Shown: piece by piece, positions 1 to 15,000 of the stretch
Position numbering within the stretch: position 1 is the first letter of the stretch
How the letters are laid out: every line of letters begins with the position of its first letter
From: Eledone cirrhosa
Lineage: Eukaryota
Reading direction: 5' to 3'
Length of the DNA stretch: 64,000 bases
Assembly (NCBI GenBank): GCA_964016885.1
Contig: OZ024742.1
Location: forward strand, 4,836,001-4,900,000
Made by a program: the position numbers and the translations under genes
The notes under the pieces: model-generated
What the model was told of the DNA's origin: nothing
The model's input: the letters and a program-made list of their open reading frames with translations, nothing else
Database searches by the model: none

Positions 1-3000
1 GTTAGACTACATATAGTAATGTGCTATAGTGGTATGATATCTCTGTAGTTAAACTACATATAGTAATGTGCTATAGTGGTCTGATATCTCTGTAGTTAGA
101 CAACATATAGTAATGTGCTATAGTGGACTGATAACTCTGTAGTTAGACAACATATAGTAATGTGCTATAGTTGTTTGATATCTCTGTAGTTAGACTACAT
201 ATAGTAATGTGCTATAGTGGTTTGATATCTCTGTAGTTAGACTACATATAGTAATGTGCTATAGTGGTCTGATATCTCTGTAGTTAGACAACATATAGTA
301 ATGTGCTATAGTGGCCTTATATCTCTGTAGTTAGACAACATATAGTAATGTGCTATAGTGGTTTGATATCACTGTAGTTAGACTACATATAGTAATGTGC
401 TATAGTGGTCTGATATCTCTGTAGTTAGACAACATATAGTAATGTGCTATAGTGGTCTGATATCTCTGTAGTTAGACAACATATATTAATGTGCTATAGT
501 GGCCTGATAACTCTGTAGTTAGACAACATATAGTAATGTGCTATAGTTGTTTGATATCTCTGTAGTTAGACTACATATAGTAATGTGCTATAGTGGTTTG
601 ATATCTCTGTAGTTAGACTACATATAGTAATGTGCTATAGTGGTTTGATATCTCTGTAGTTAGACAACATATAGTAACGTGCTATAGTGGCCTGATATCT
701 CTGTAGTTAGACTACATATAGTAATGTGCTATAGTTGTCTGATATCTCTGTAGTTAGACAACATATAGTAATGTGCTATAGTGGTCTGATATCTCTGTAG
801 TTAGACAACATATAGTAATGTGCTATAGTGGCCTGATATCTCAGTAGTTAGACTACATATAGTAATGTGCTATAGTTGTTTGATATCTCTATAGTTAGAC
901 TACATATAGTAATGTGCTATAGTGGTCTGATATCTCTGTAGTTAGACAACATATAGTAATGTGCTATAGTGGCCTTATATCTTTGTAGTTAGACAACATA
1001 TAGTAATGTGCTATAGTGGTTTGATATCACTGTAGTTAGACTACATATAGTAATGTGCTATAGTGGTCTGATATCTCTGTAGTTAGACAACATATAGTAA
1101 TGTGCTATAGTGGACTGATAACTCTGTAGTTAGACAACATATAGTAATGTGCTATAGTTGTTTGATATCTCTGTAGTTAGACTACATATAGTAATGTGCT
1201 ATAGTGGTTTGATATCTCTGTAGTTAGACTACATATAGTAATGTGCTATAGTGGTCTGATATCTCTGTAGTTAGACAACATATAGTAATGTGCTATAGTG
1301 GCCTTATATCTCTGTAGTTAGACAACATATAGTAATGTGCTATAGTGGTTTGATATCACTGTAGTTAGACTACATATAGTAATGTGCTATAGTGGTCTGA
1401 TATCTCTGTAGTTAGACAACATATAGTAACGTGCTATAGTGGCCTGATATCTCTGTAGTTAGACTACATATAGTAATGTGCTATAGTGGTTTGATATCTC
1501 TGTAGTTAGACTACATATAGTAATGTGCTATAGTCGTATGATATCTCTGTAGTTAGACTACATAGAGTAATGTGCTATAGTGGTCTGATATCTCTGTAGT
1601 TAGAGAACATAGAGTAATGTGCTATAGTGGTCTGATTTCTCTGTAGTTAGACTACATATAATAATGTGCTATACTGGTATGATATCTCTGTAGTTAGACT
1701 ACATATAGTAATACGCTATAGTGGTTTGTATCTCTGTAGTTAGACAACATATAGTAATGTGCTATAGTCGTCTGATATCTCTGTAGTTAGCCTACATATA
1801 ATAAATGTGCTAGAGTGGTTTGATATCTCTGTATTTAGAAAACATAAAGTAATGTGCTATAGTGGTCTGATAGCTCTGTAGTTACACAACATATAGTAAT
1901 GTGCTATAGTGGTCTGATTTCTCTGTAGTTAGACAACATATAGTAATGTGGTATAGTGGCCTGATATCTCTGTAGTTAGACTACATACAGTAATGTGCTA
2001 TAGTGGTCTGATTTCTCTGTAGTTAGACAACATATAGTAATGTGCTATAGTGGTCTGATATCTCTGTAGTTAGACAACATATATTAATGTGCTATAGTGG
2101 CCTGATAACTCTGTAGTTAGACAACATATAGTAATGTGCTATAGTTGTTTGATATCTCTGTAGTTAGACTACATATAGTAATGTGCTATAGTGGCCTGAT
2201 ATCTCTGCAAATAGACAACATATATTAATGTGCTATAGTGGTCTGTTATTTCTCTGTAGTTAGACAAAATATAGAAATGTGCTATAGTGGTCTGATATCT
2301 CTCCAGTTAGACTACATATAGTAATACGCTATAGTGGTTTGTATCTCTGTAGTTAGACAACATATAGTAATGTGCTATAGTGGTCTGATATCTCTGTAGT
2401 TAGCCTACATATAATAATGTGCTAGAGTGGTTTGATATCTGTGTATTTAGAAAACATAAAGTAATGTGCTATAGTGGTCTGATAGCTCTGTAGTTAGACA
2501 ACATATAGTAATGTGCTATAGTGGTCTGATTTCTCTGTAGTTAGACAACATATAGTAATGTGGTATAGTGGCCTGATATCTCTGTAGTTAGACTACATAC
2601 AGTAATGTGCTATAGTGGTCTGATTTCTCTGTAGTTAGACAACATATAGTAATGTGCTATAGTGGCCTGATATGTCTGTAGTTAGACAACATATAGTAAT
2701 GTGCTATAGTGGCCTTATATCTTTGTAGTTAGACAACATATAGTAATGTGCTATAGTTGTTTGATATCTCTGTAGTTAGACTACATATAGTAATGTGCTA
2801 TAGTGGTTTGATATCTCTGTAGTTAGACTACATATAGTAATGTGCTATAGTGGTTTGATATCTCTGTAGTTAGACTACATATAATAATGTGCTATACTGG
2901 TATGATATCTCTGTAGTTAGACTACATATAGTAATACGCTATACTGGTTTGATATCTCTATAGTTAGACTACATATAGTAATGTGCTATAGGGGTCTGAT

Positions 3001-6000
3001 ATCTCTGTAGTTAGACAACATATAGTAATGTGCTATAGTGGTCTGATTTCTCTGTAGTTAGACAACATATAGTAATGTGCTATAGTGGTTTGATATCTCT
3101 GTAGTTAGACAACATATAGTAATGTGCTATAGTGGCCTGATATCTCTGTAGTTAGACTACATATAGTAATGTGCTATAGTGGTCTGATAGCTCTGTAGTT
3201 AGACAACATATAGTAATGTGCTATAGTTCTTTGATATTTCTATAGTTAGACTACATATAGTAATGTGCTATAGTCGTTTGATATCTCTGTAGTTAGACTA
3301 CATATATTAATGTGCTATAGTGGTTTGATATCTCTGTAGTTAGACTACATATAGTAATGTGCTATAGTGGTATGATATCTCTGTAGTTAGACTACATATA
3401 GTAATGTGCTATAGTGGTTTGATGTCTCTGTAGTTAGACTACATATAGTAATGTGCTATAGTGGTATGATATCTCTGTAGTTAGACTACATATAGTAATG
3501 TGCTAGAGTGGTTTGATATCTCTGTAGTTAGACAAGATATAGTAATGTGCTATAGTGGTCTGATATCTCTGTAGTTAGACTACATATAATAATGTGCTAG
3601 AGTGGTTTGATATGTCTGTAGTTAGAAAACATAAAGTAATGTGCTATAGTGGTTTGATATCTCTGTAGTTAGACAACATATAGTAATGTGCTATAGTGGT
3701 ATGATATCTCTGTAGTTAGACTACATATAGTAATGTGCTATAGTGGTTTGATATCTCTGTACTTAGACTACATATAGTAATGTGCTATAGTGGTTTGATA
3801 TCTCTCTGGTTAGACTACATATCCTAATGTGCTATAGTGTTTTGATATCTCTGTAGTTAGACTACATATAGTAATGTGCTATAGTGGTTTGATATCTCTG
3901 TAGTTAGACTACATATAGTAATGTGCTATAGTCGTATGATATCGCTGTAGTTACACTACATATAGTAATGTGCTATAGTGGTTTGATATCTCTGTAGTTA
4001 GACTACATATAGTAATGTGCTAGAGTGGTTTGATATCTCTGTAGTTAGACAACATATAGTAATGTGCTATAGTGGTCTGATATCTCTGTAGTTAGACTAC
4101 ATATAATGATGTGCTAGAGTGGTTTGATATCTCTGTAGTTAGAAAAAATAAAGTAATGTGCTATAGTGGTTTGATATCTCGCTGGTTAGACTACATATCC
4201 TAATGTGCTATAGTGGTCTGATATCTCTGTAGTTAGACAACATATAGTAATGTGCTATAGTGGTCTGATATCTCTGTAGTTAGACAACATATAGTAATGT
4301 GCTATAGTGACCTGATATCTCAGTAGTTAGACTACATATAGTAATGTGCTATAGTGGCCTGATATCTCTGTAGTTAGACTACATATAGTAATGTGCTATA
4401 GTGGTCTGATATCTCCGTAGTTACACAACATATAGTAATGTGCTATAGTGGCCTTATATCTTTGTAGTTAGACAACATATAGTAATGTGCTATAGTGATT
4501 TGATATCACTGTAGTTAGACTACATATAGTAATGTGCTATAGTGGTCTGATATCTCTGTAGTTAGACAACATATAGTAATGTGCTATAGTGGCCTGATAA
4601 CTCTGTAGTTAGACACCATATTGTAATGTGCTATAGTTGTTTGATATCTCTGTAGTTAGACTACATATAGTAATGTGCTATAGTGGTTTGATATCTCTGT
4701 AGTTAGACTACATATAGTAATGTGCTATAGTGGTTTGATATCTCTGTAGTTAGACTACATATAATAATGTGCTATACTGGTATGATATCTCTGTAGTTAG
4801 ACAACATATAGTAATGTGCTATAGTGGTTTGATATCTCTGTAGTTAGACAATATATTGTAGTGTGCTATAGTGGCCTGATATCTCTGCAATTAGACAACA
4901 TATAGTAATGTGCTATAGTGGTCTGTTATTTCTCTGTAGTTAGACAAAATATAGAAATGTGCTATAGTGGTCTGATATCTCTCTAGTTAGACTACATATA
5001 GTAATACGCTATAGTGGTTTGATATCTCTGTAGTTAGACTACATATAGTAATGTGCTATAGTGGTTTGATATCTCTGTAGTTAGACTACGTATAGTAATG
5101 TGCTATAGTGGTATGATATCTCTGTAGTTAGACAACATATAGTAATGTGCTATAGTGGTTTGATATCTCTGTAGTTAGACAAAATAGAGTAATGTGCTAT
5201 AGTGGCCTGATATCTCTGTAGTTAGACTACATATAGTAATGTGCTATAGTGGTCTGATTTCTCTGTAGTTAGACAACATATAGTAATGTGCTATAGTGGT
5301 CTTATTTCTCTGTAGTTAGACAACATATAGTAATGTGCTATAGTGGTCATATTTCTCTGTAGTAAGACAACATATAGTAATGTGCTATAGTGGCCTGATA
5401 TCTCTGTAGTTAGACTACATATAGTAATGTGCTATAGTGGCCTGATATCTCTGTAGTTAGACTACATATAGTAATGTGCTATAGTGGTCTGATATCTCTG
5501 TAGTTAGACAACATATAGTAATGTGCTATAGTGGTCTGATTTCTCTGTAGTTAGACAACATATAGTAATGTGCTATAGTGGTTTGATATCTCTGTAGTTA
5601 GACAACATATAGTAATGTGCTATAGTAGCCTGATATCTCTGTAGTTAGACTACATATAGTAATGTGCTATAGTGGTCTGATAGCTCTGTAGTTAGACAAC
5701 ATATAGTAATGTGCTATAGTGGTCTGATTTCTCTGTAGTTAGACAACATATAGTAATGTGGTATAGTGGCCTGATATCTCTGTAGTTAGACTACATACAG
5801 TAATGTGCTATAGTGGTCTGATTTCTCTGTAGTTAGACAACATATAGTAATGTGCTATAGTGGCTTGATATGTCTGTAGTTAGACTACATATAGTAATGT
5901 GCTATAGTGGTCTGATATCTCTGTAGTTAGACAACATATTGTAATGTGCTATAGTGGTTTGATATCTCTGTAGTTAGACAACATATAGTAATGTGCTATA

Positions 6001-9000
6001 GTGGCCTGATATCTCTGTAGTTAGACTACATATAGTAATGTGCTATAGTGGTCTGATATCTCTGTAGTTAGACAACATATAGTAATGTGCTATAGTTGTT
6101 TGATATTTCTATAGTTAGACTACATATAGTAATGTGCTATAGTGGTTTGATATCTCTGTAGTTAGACTACATATAGTAAGGTGCTATAGTGGTTTGATAT
6201 CTCTGTAGTTAGACTACATATAGTAATGTGCTATAGTGGTTTGATATCTCTGTAGTTAGACTACATATAGTAATGTGCTATAGTGGTATGATATCTCTGT
6301 AGTTAAACTACATATAGTAATGTGCTATAATGGTTTGATATCTCTGTAGTTAGACTACATATAGTAATGTGCTATAGTGGTTTGATATCTCTCTGGTTAG
6401 ACTACATATCCTAATGTGCTATAGTGGTCTGATATCTCTGTAGTTAGACAACATATAGTAATGTGCTATAGTGGTCTGATATCTCAGTAGTTAGACAACA
6501 TATAGTAACGTGCTATAGTGGCCTGATATCTCTGTAGTTAGACTACATATAGTAACGTGCTATAGTGGTTTGATATCTCTGTAGTTAGACTACATATAGT
6601 AATGTGCTCTAGTGGTATGATATCTCTGTAGTTAGACTACATATAGTAATGTGCTATAGTGGTTTGATATCTCTGTAGTTAGACTACATATAGTAATGTG
6701 CTATAGTGGTATGATATCTCAGTAGTTAGACTACATATAGTAATGTGCTATAGTGGTTTGATATCTCTGTAGTTAGACTACATATAGTAATGTGCTAGAG
6801 TGGTTTGATATCTCTGTAGTAAGACAACATATAGTAATGTGCTAGAGTGGTCTGATATCTCTGTAGTTAGCCTACATATAATAATGTGCTAGTGTGGTTT
6901 GATATCTCTGTATTTAGAAAACATAAAGTAATGTGCTATAGTGGTTTGATATCTCTCTGGTTAGACTACATATCCTAATGTGCTATAGTGGTCTGATATC
7001 TCTGTAGTTAGACAACATATAGTAATGTGCTATAGTGGTCTGATATCTCTGTAGTTAGACAACATATAGTAACGTGCTATAGTGGCCTGATATCTCTGTA
7101 GTTAGACTACATATAGTAATGTGCTATAGTGGTTTGATATCTCTGTAGTTAGACTACATATAGTAATGTGCTATAGTCGTATGATATCTCTGTAGTTAGA
7201 CTACATATAGTAATGTGCTATAGTGGTCTGATATCTCTGTAGTTAGAGAACATAGAGTAATGTGCTATAGAGGTCTGATTTCTCTGTAGTTAGACAACAT
7301 ATAGTAACGTGCTATAGTGGCCTGATATCTCTGTAGTTAGACTACATATAGTAATGTGCTATAGTGGTCTGATATCTCTGTAGTTAGACAACATATAGTA
7401 ATGTGCTATAGTGGTCTGATATCTCTGTAGTTAGACAACATATAGTAATGTGCTATAGTGGCCTCATATCTCAGTAGTTAGACTATATATAGTAATGTGC
7501 TATAGTTGTTTGATATCTCTATAGTTAGACTACATATAGTAATGTGCTATAGTGCTCTGATATCTCTGTAGTTAGACAACATATAGTAATGTGCTATAGT
7601 GGCCTTATATCTTTGTAGTTAGACAACATATAGTAATGTGCTATAGTGGTTTGATATCACTGTAGTTAGACTACATATAGTAATGTGCTATAGTGGTCTG
7701 ATATCTCTGTAGTTAGACAACATATAGTAATGTGCTATAGTGGCCTGATAACTCTGTAGTTAGACAACATATAGTAATGTGCTATAGTTGTTTGATATCT
7801 CTGTAGTTAGACTACATATAGTAATGTGCTATAGTGGTTTGATATCTCTGTAGTTAGACTACATATAGTAATGTGCTATAGTGGTCTGATATCTCTGTAG
7901 TTAGACAACATATAGTAATGTGCTATAGTGGCCTTATATCTTTGTAGTTAGACAACATATAGTAATGTGTTATAGTGGTTTGATATCACTGTAGTTAGAC
8001 TACATACAGTAATGTGCTATAGTGGTCTGATATCTCTGTAGTTAGACAACATATAGTAATGTGCTATAGTGGTCTGATATCTCTGTAGTTAGACAACATA
8101 TATTAATGTGCTATAGTGGCCTGATAACTCTGTAGTTAGACAACATATAGTAATGTGCTATAGTTGTTTGATATCTCTGTAGTTAGACTACATATAGTAA
8201 TGTGCTATAGTGGTCTGATATCTCTCTAGTTAGACTACATATAGTAATACGCTATAGTGGTTTGATATCTCTGTAGTTAGACTACGTATAGTAATGTGCT
8301 ATAGTGGTATGATATCTCTGTAGTTAGACAACATATAGTAATGTGCTATAGTGGTTTGATATCTCTGTAGTTAGACAAAATATAGTAATGTGCTATAGTG
8401 GCCTGATATCTCTGTAGTTAGACTACATATAGTAATGTGCTATAGTGGTCTGATATCTCTGTAGTTAGACAACATATAGTAATGTGCTATATTGGTCTGA
8501 TATCTCTGTAGTTAGACAACATATAGTAACGTACTATAGTGGCCTGATATCTCTGTAGTTAGACTACATATAGTAATGTGCTATAGTGGTTTGATATCTC
8601 TGTAGTTAGACTACATATAGTAATGTGCTATAGTCGTATGATATCTCTGTAGTTAGACTACATATAGTAATGTGCTATAGTGGTTCGATATCTCTGTAGT
8701 TAGACTACATATAGTAATGTGCTATAGTGGTATGATATCGCTGTAGTTAGACTACATATAGTAATGTGCTATAGTGGTTTGATATCTCTGTAGTTAGACA
8801 ACATATAGTAATGTGCTAGAGTGGTTTGAAATCTCTGTAGTTAGACAACATATAGTAATGTGCTATAGTGGTCTGATATCTCTGTAGTTAGACTACATAT
8901 AATGATGTGCTAGAGTGGTTTGATATCTCTGTAGTTAGAAAACATAAAGTAATGTGCTATAGTGGTTTGATATCTCTCTGGTTAGACTACATATCCTAGC

Positions 9001-12000
9001 GTGCTATAGTGGTCTGATATCTCTGTAGTTAGACAACATATAGTAATGTGCTATAGTGGTCTGATATCTCTGTAGTTAGACAACATATAGTAATGTGCTA
9101 TAGTGCCCTGATATCTCAGTAGTTAGACTACATATAGTAATGTGCTATAGTGGTTTGATATCTCTGTAGTTAGACTACATATAATAATGAGCTATACTGG
9201 TATGATATCTCTGTAGTTAGACAACATATAGTAATGTGCTATAGTAGTTTGATATCTATGTAGTTAGACAACATATAGTAATGTGCTATAGTAGACTGAT
9301 ATCTCTGCAATTAGACAACATATAGTAATGTGCTATAGTGGTCTGTTATTTCTCTGTAGTTAGACAAAATATAGAAATGTGCTATAGTGGTCTGATATCT
9401 CTCTAGTTAGACTACATATATTAATACGCTATAGTGGTTTGATATCTCTGTAGTTAGACTACATATAGTAATGTGCTATAGTGTTTTGATATCTCTATAT
9501 TTAGACTACATATAGTAATGTGCTATAGTAGTCTTATTTCTCTGTAGTTAGACTACGTATAGTAATGTGCTATAGTGGTATGATATCTCTGTAGTTAGAC
9601 AACATATAGTAATGTGCTATAGTGGTTTGATATCTCTGTAGTTAGACAAAATATAGTAATGTGCTATAGTGGCCTGATATCTCTGTAGTTAGACTACATA
9701 TAGTAATGTGCTATAGTGGTCTCATATCTCTGTAGTTAGACAACATATAGTAATGTGCTATAGTGGTCTGATTTCTCTGTAGTTATACAACATATAGTAA
9801 TGTGCTATAGTAGTCTTATTTCTCTGTAGTTAGACAACATATAGTAATGTGCTATAGTGGTCTGATTTCTCTGTAGTTAGACAACATATAGTAATGTGCT
9901 ATAGTGGCCTGATATCTCTGTAGTTAGACTACATATAGTAATGTGCTATAGTGGCCTGATATCTCTATAGTTAGACTACATATAGTAATGTGCTATAGTG
10001 GTCTGATTTCTCTGTAGTTAGACAACATATAGTAATGTGATATAGTGGCCTGATATCTCTGTAGTTAGACTACATATAGTAATGTACTATAGTGGTCTGA
10101 TATCTCTGTAGTTAGACAACATATATTAATGTGCTATAGTGGCCTGATATCTCTGTAGTTAGACTACATATAGTAATGTGCTATAGTGGTCTGATATCTC
10201 TGTAGTTAGACAACATATAGTAATGTGCTATAGTGGTTTGATATCTCTATATTTAGACTACATATAGTAATGTGCTATAGTGGTCTGATATCTCTGTAGT
10301 TAGACAACATATAGTAATGTGCTGTAGTGACCTTATATCCTTGTAGTTAGACAACATATAGTAATGTGCTATAGTGGCCTGATAACTCTGTAGTTAGACA
10401 ACATATAGTAATGTGCTATAGTTGTTTGATATCTCTGTAGTTAGACTACATATAGTAATGTGCTATAGTGGTTTGATATCTCTGTAGTTAGACTACATAT
10501 AGTAATGTGCTATAGTGTTTTGATATCTCTGTAGTTAGACAACATATAGTAATGTGCTATAGTGGCCTGATATCTCTGCAAATAGACAACATATAGTAAT
10601 GTGCTATAGTGGTCTGTTATTTCTCTGTAGTTAGACAAAATATAGAAATGTGCTATAGTGGTCTGATATCTCTCCAGTTAGACTACATATAGTAATACGC
10701 TATAGTGGTTTGTATCTCTGTAGTTAGACAACATATAGTAATGTGCTATAGTGGTCTGATATCTCTGTAGTTAGCCTACATATAATAATGTGCTAGAGTG
10801 GTTTGATATCTCTGTATTTAGAAAACATAAAGTAATGTGCTATAGTGGTTTGATATCTCTCTGGTTAGACTACATATCCTAATGTGCTATAGTGGTCTGA
10901 TATCTCTGTAGTTAGACAACATATAGTAATGTGCTATAGTGGTCTGATATCTCTGTAGTTAGACAACATATAGTAACGTGCTATAGTGGCCTGATATCTC
11001 TGTAGTTAGACTACATATAGTAATGTGCTATAGTGGTCTGATATCTCTGTAGTTAGACAACATATAGTAATGTGCTATAGTGGTCTGATATCTCTGTAGT
11101 TAGACAACATATAGTAATGTGCTATAGTGGCCTGATATCTCAGTAGTTAGACTACATATAGTAATGTGCTATAGTTGTTTGATATCTCTATAGTTAGACT
11201 ACATATAGTAATGTGCTATAGTGGTCTGATATCTCTGTAGTTAGACAACATATAGTAATGTGCTATAGTGGCCTTATATCTTTGTAGTTAGACAACATAT
11301 ACTAATGTGCTATAGTGGTTTGATATCACTGTAGTTAGACTACATATAGTAATGTGCTATAGTGGTCTGATATCTCTGTAGTTAGACAACATATAGTAAT
11401 GTGCTATAGTGGCCTGATAGCTCTGTAGTTAGACAACATATAGTAATGTGCTATAGTTGTTTGATATCTCTGTAGTTAGACTACATATAGTAATGTGCTA
11501 TAGTGGTTTCATATCTCTGTAGTTAGACTACATATAGTAATGTGCTATAGTGGTTTGATATCTCTGTAGTTAGACTACATATAATAATGTGCTGTACTGG
11601 TATGATATCTCTGTAGTTAGACAACATATAGTAATGTGCTATAGTGGTTTGATATCTCTGTAGTTAGACAACATGTAGTAATGTGCTATAGTGGCCTGAT
11701 ATCTCTGCAATTAGACAACATATAGTAATGTGCTATAGTGGTCTGTTATTTCTCTGTAGTTAGACAAAATATAGAAATGTGCTATAGTGGTCTGATATCT
11801 CTCTAGTTAGACTACATATAGTTATACGCTATAGTGGTTTGATATCTCTGTAGTTAGACTACATATAGTAATGTGCTATAGTGGTTTGATATCTCTGTAG
11901 TTAGACTACGTATAGTAATGTGCTATAGTGGTATGATATCTCTGTAGTTAGACAACATATAGTAATGTGCTATAGTGGTTTGATATCTCTGTAGTTAGAG

Positions 12001-15000
12001 AAAATATAGTAATGTGCTATAGTGGCCTGATATCTCTGTAGTTAGACTACATATAGTAATGTGCTATAGTGGTCTGATATCTCTGTAGTTAGACAACATA
12101 TAGTAATGTGCTATAGTGGTCTGATTTCTCTGTAGTTAGACAACATATAGTAATGTGCTATAGTGGTCTGATTTCTCTGTAGTTAGACAACATATAGTAA
12201 TGTGCTATAGTGGCCTGATATCTCTGTAGTTAGACTACATATAGTAATGTGCTATAGTGGCCTGATTTCTCTGTAGTTAGACAACATATAGTAATGTGCT
12301 ATAGTGGCCTGATATCTCTGTAGTTAGACTACATATAGTAATGTGCTATAGTGGTCTGATATCTCTGTAGTTAGACAACATATAGTAATGTGCTATAGTG
12401 GTTTGATATCTCTATAGTTAGACTACATATAGTAATGTGCTATAGTGGTCTGATATCTCTGTAGTTAGACAACATATAGTAATGTTCTATAGTGACCTTA
12501 TATCTTTGTAGTTAGACAACATATAGTAATGTGCTATAGTGGTTTGATATCACTGTAGTTAGACTACATATAGTAATGTGCTATAGTGGTCTGATATCTC
12601 TGTAGTTAGACAACATATAGTAATGTGCTATAGTGGCCTGATAACTCTGTAGTTAGACAACATATAGAAATGTGCTATAGTTGTTTGATATCTCTGTAGT
12701 TAGACTACATATAGTAATGTGCTATAGTGGTTTGATATCTCTGTAGTTAGACTACATATAGTAATGTGCTATAGTGTTTTGATATCTCTGTAGTTAGACA
12801 ACATATTATAATGTGCTATAGTGGCCTGATATCTCTGCAAATAGACAACATATAGTAATGTGCTATAGTGGTCTGTTATTTCTCTGTAGTTAGACAAAAT
12901 ATAGAAATGTGCTATAGTGGTCTGATATCTCTCTAGTTAGACTACATATAGTAATACGCTATAGTGGTTTGTATCTCTGTAGTTAGACAACATATAGTAA
13001 TGTGCTATAGTGGTCTGATATCTCTGTAGTTAGCCTACATATAATAATGTGCTAGAGTGGTTAGATATCTCTGTATTTAGAAAACATAAGTAATGTGCTA
13101 TAGTGGTTTGATATCTCTCTGGTTAGACTACATATCCTAATGTGCTATAGTGGTCTGATATCTCTGTAGTTAGACAACATATAGTAATGTGCTATAATGG
13201 TCTGATATCTCTGTAGTTAGACAACATATAGTAACGTGCTATAGTGGCCTCATATCTCTGTAGTTAGACTACATATAGTAATGTGCTATAGTGGTCTGAT
13301 ATCTCTGTAGTTAGACTACATATAGTAATGTGCTATAGTGGTTTGATATCTCTGTAGTTAGACTACGTATAGTAATGTGCTATAGTGGTATGATATCTCT
13401 GTAGTTAGACAACATATAGTAATGTGCTATAGTGGTTTGATATCTCTGTAGTTAGACAAAATATAGTAATGTGCTATAGTGGCCTGATATCTCTGTAGTT
13501 AGACTACATATAGTAATGTGCTATAGTGGTCTGATATCTCTGTAGTTAGACAACATATAGTAATGTGCTATAGTGGTCTGATTTCTCTGTAGTTAGACAA
13601 CATATAGTAATGTGCTATAGTGGTCTGATTTCTCTGTAGTTAGACAACATATAGTAATGTGCTATAGTGGCCTGATATCTCTGTAGTTAGACTACATATA
13701 GTAATGTGCTATAGTGGCCTGATATCTCTATAGTTAGACTACATATAGTAATGTGCTATAGTGGTCTGATTTCTCTGTAGTTAGACAACATATAGTAATG
13801 TGCTATAGTGGCCTGATATCTCTGTAGTTAGACTACATATAGTAATGTGCTATAGTGGTCTGATATCTCTGTAGTTAGACAACATATAGTAATGTGCTAT
13901 AGTGGTTTGATATCTCTGTAGTTAGACAACATATAGTAATGTGCTATAGTGGCCTGATATCTCTGTAGTTAGACTACATATAGTAATGTGCTATAGTGGT
14001 CTGATATCTCTGTAGTTAGACAACATATAGTAATGTGCTATAGTGGTTTGATATCTCTATAGTTAGACTACATATAGTAATGTGCTATAGTGGTCTGATA
14101 TCTCTGTAGTTAGACAACATATAGTAATGTGCTATAGTGACCTTATATCTTTGTAGTTAGACAACATATAGTAATGTGCTATAGTGGTTTGATATCACTG
14201 TAGTTAGACTACATATAGTAATGTGCTATAGTGGTCTGATATCTCTGTAGTTAGACAACTTATAGTAATGTGCTATAGTGGCCTGATAACTCTGTAGTTA
14301 GACAACATATAGAAATGTGCTATAGTTGTTTGATATCTCTGTAGTTAGACTACATATAGTAATGTGCTATAGTGGTTTGATATCTCTGTAGTTAGACTAC
14401 ATATAGTAATTTGCTATAGTGTTTTGATATCTCTGTAGTTAGACAACATATAATAATGTGCTATAGTGGCCTGATATCTCTGCAAATAGACAACATATAG
14501 TAATGTGCTATAGTGGTCTGTTATTTCTCTGTAGTTAGACAAAATATAGAAATGTGCTATAGTGGTCTGATATCTCTCTAGTTAAACTACATATAGTAAT
14601 ACGCTATAGTGGTTTGTATCTCTGTAGTTAGACAACATATAGTAATGTGCTATAGTGGTCTGATATCTCTGTAGTTAGCCTACATATAATAATGTGCTAG
14701 AGTGGTTAGATATCTCTGTATTTAGAAAACATAAGTAATGTGCTATAGTGGTTTGATATCTCTGTAGTTAGACTACATATAGTAATGTGCTATAGTGGTC
14801 TGATATCTCTGTAGTTAGACAACATATAGTAATGTGCTATAGTTGTCTGATATCTCTGTAGTTAGACAACATATAGTAATGTGCTGTAGTGGCCTGATAT
14901 CTCAGTAGTTAGACTACATATAGTAATGTGCTATAGTTGTTTGATATCTCTATAGTTAGACTACATATAGTAATGTGCTATAGTGGTCTGATATCTCTGT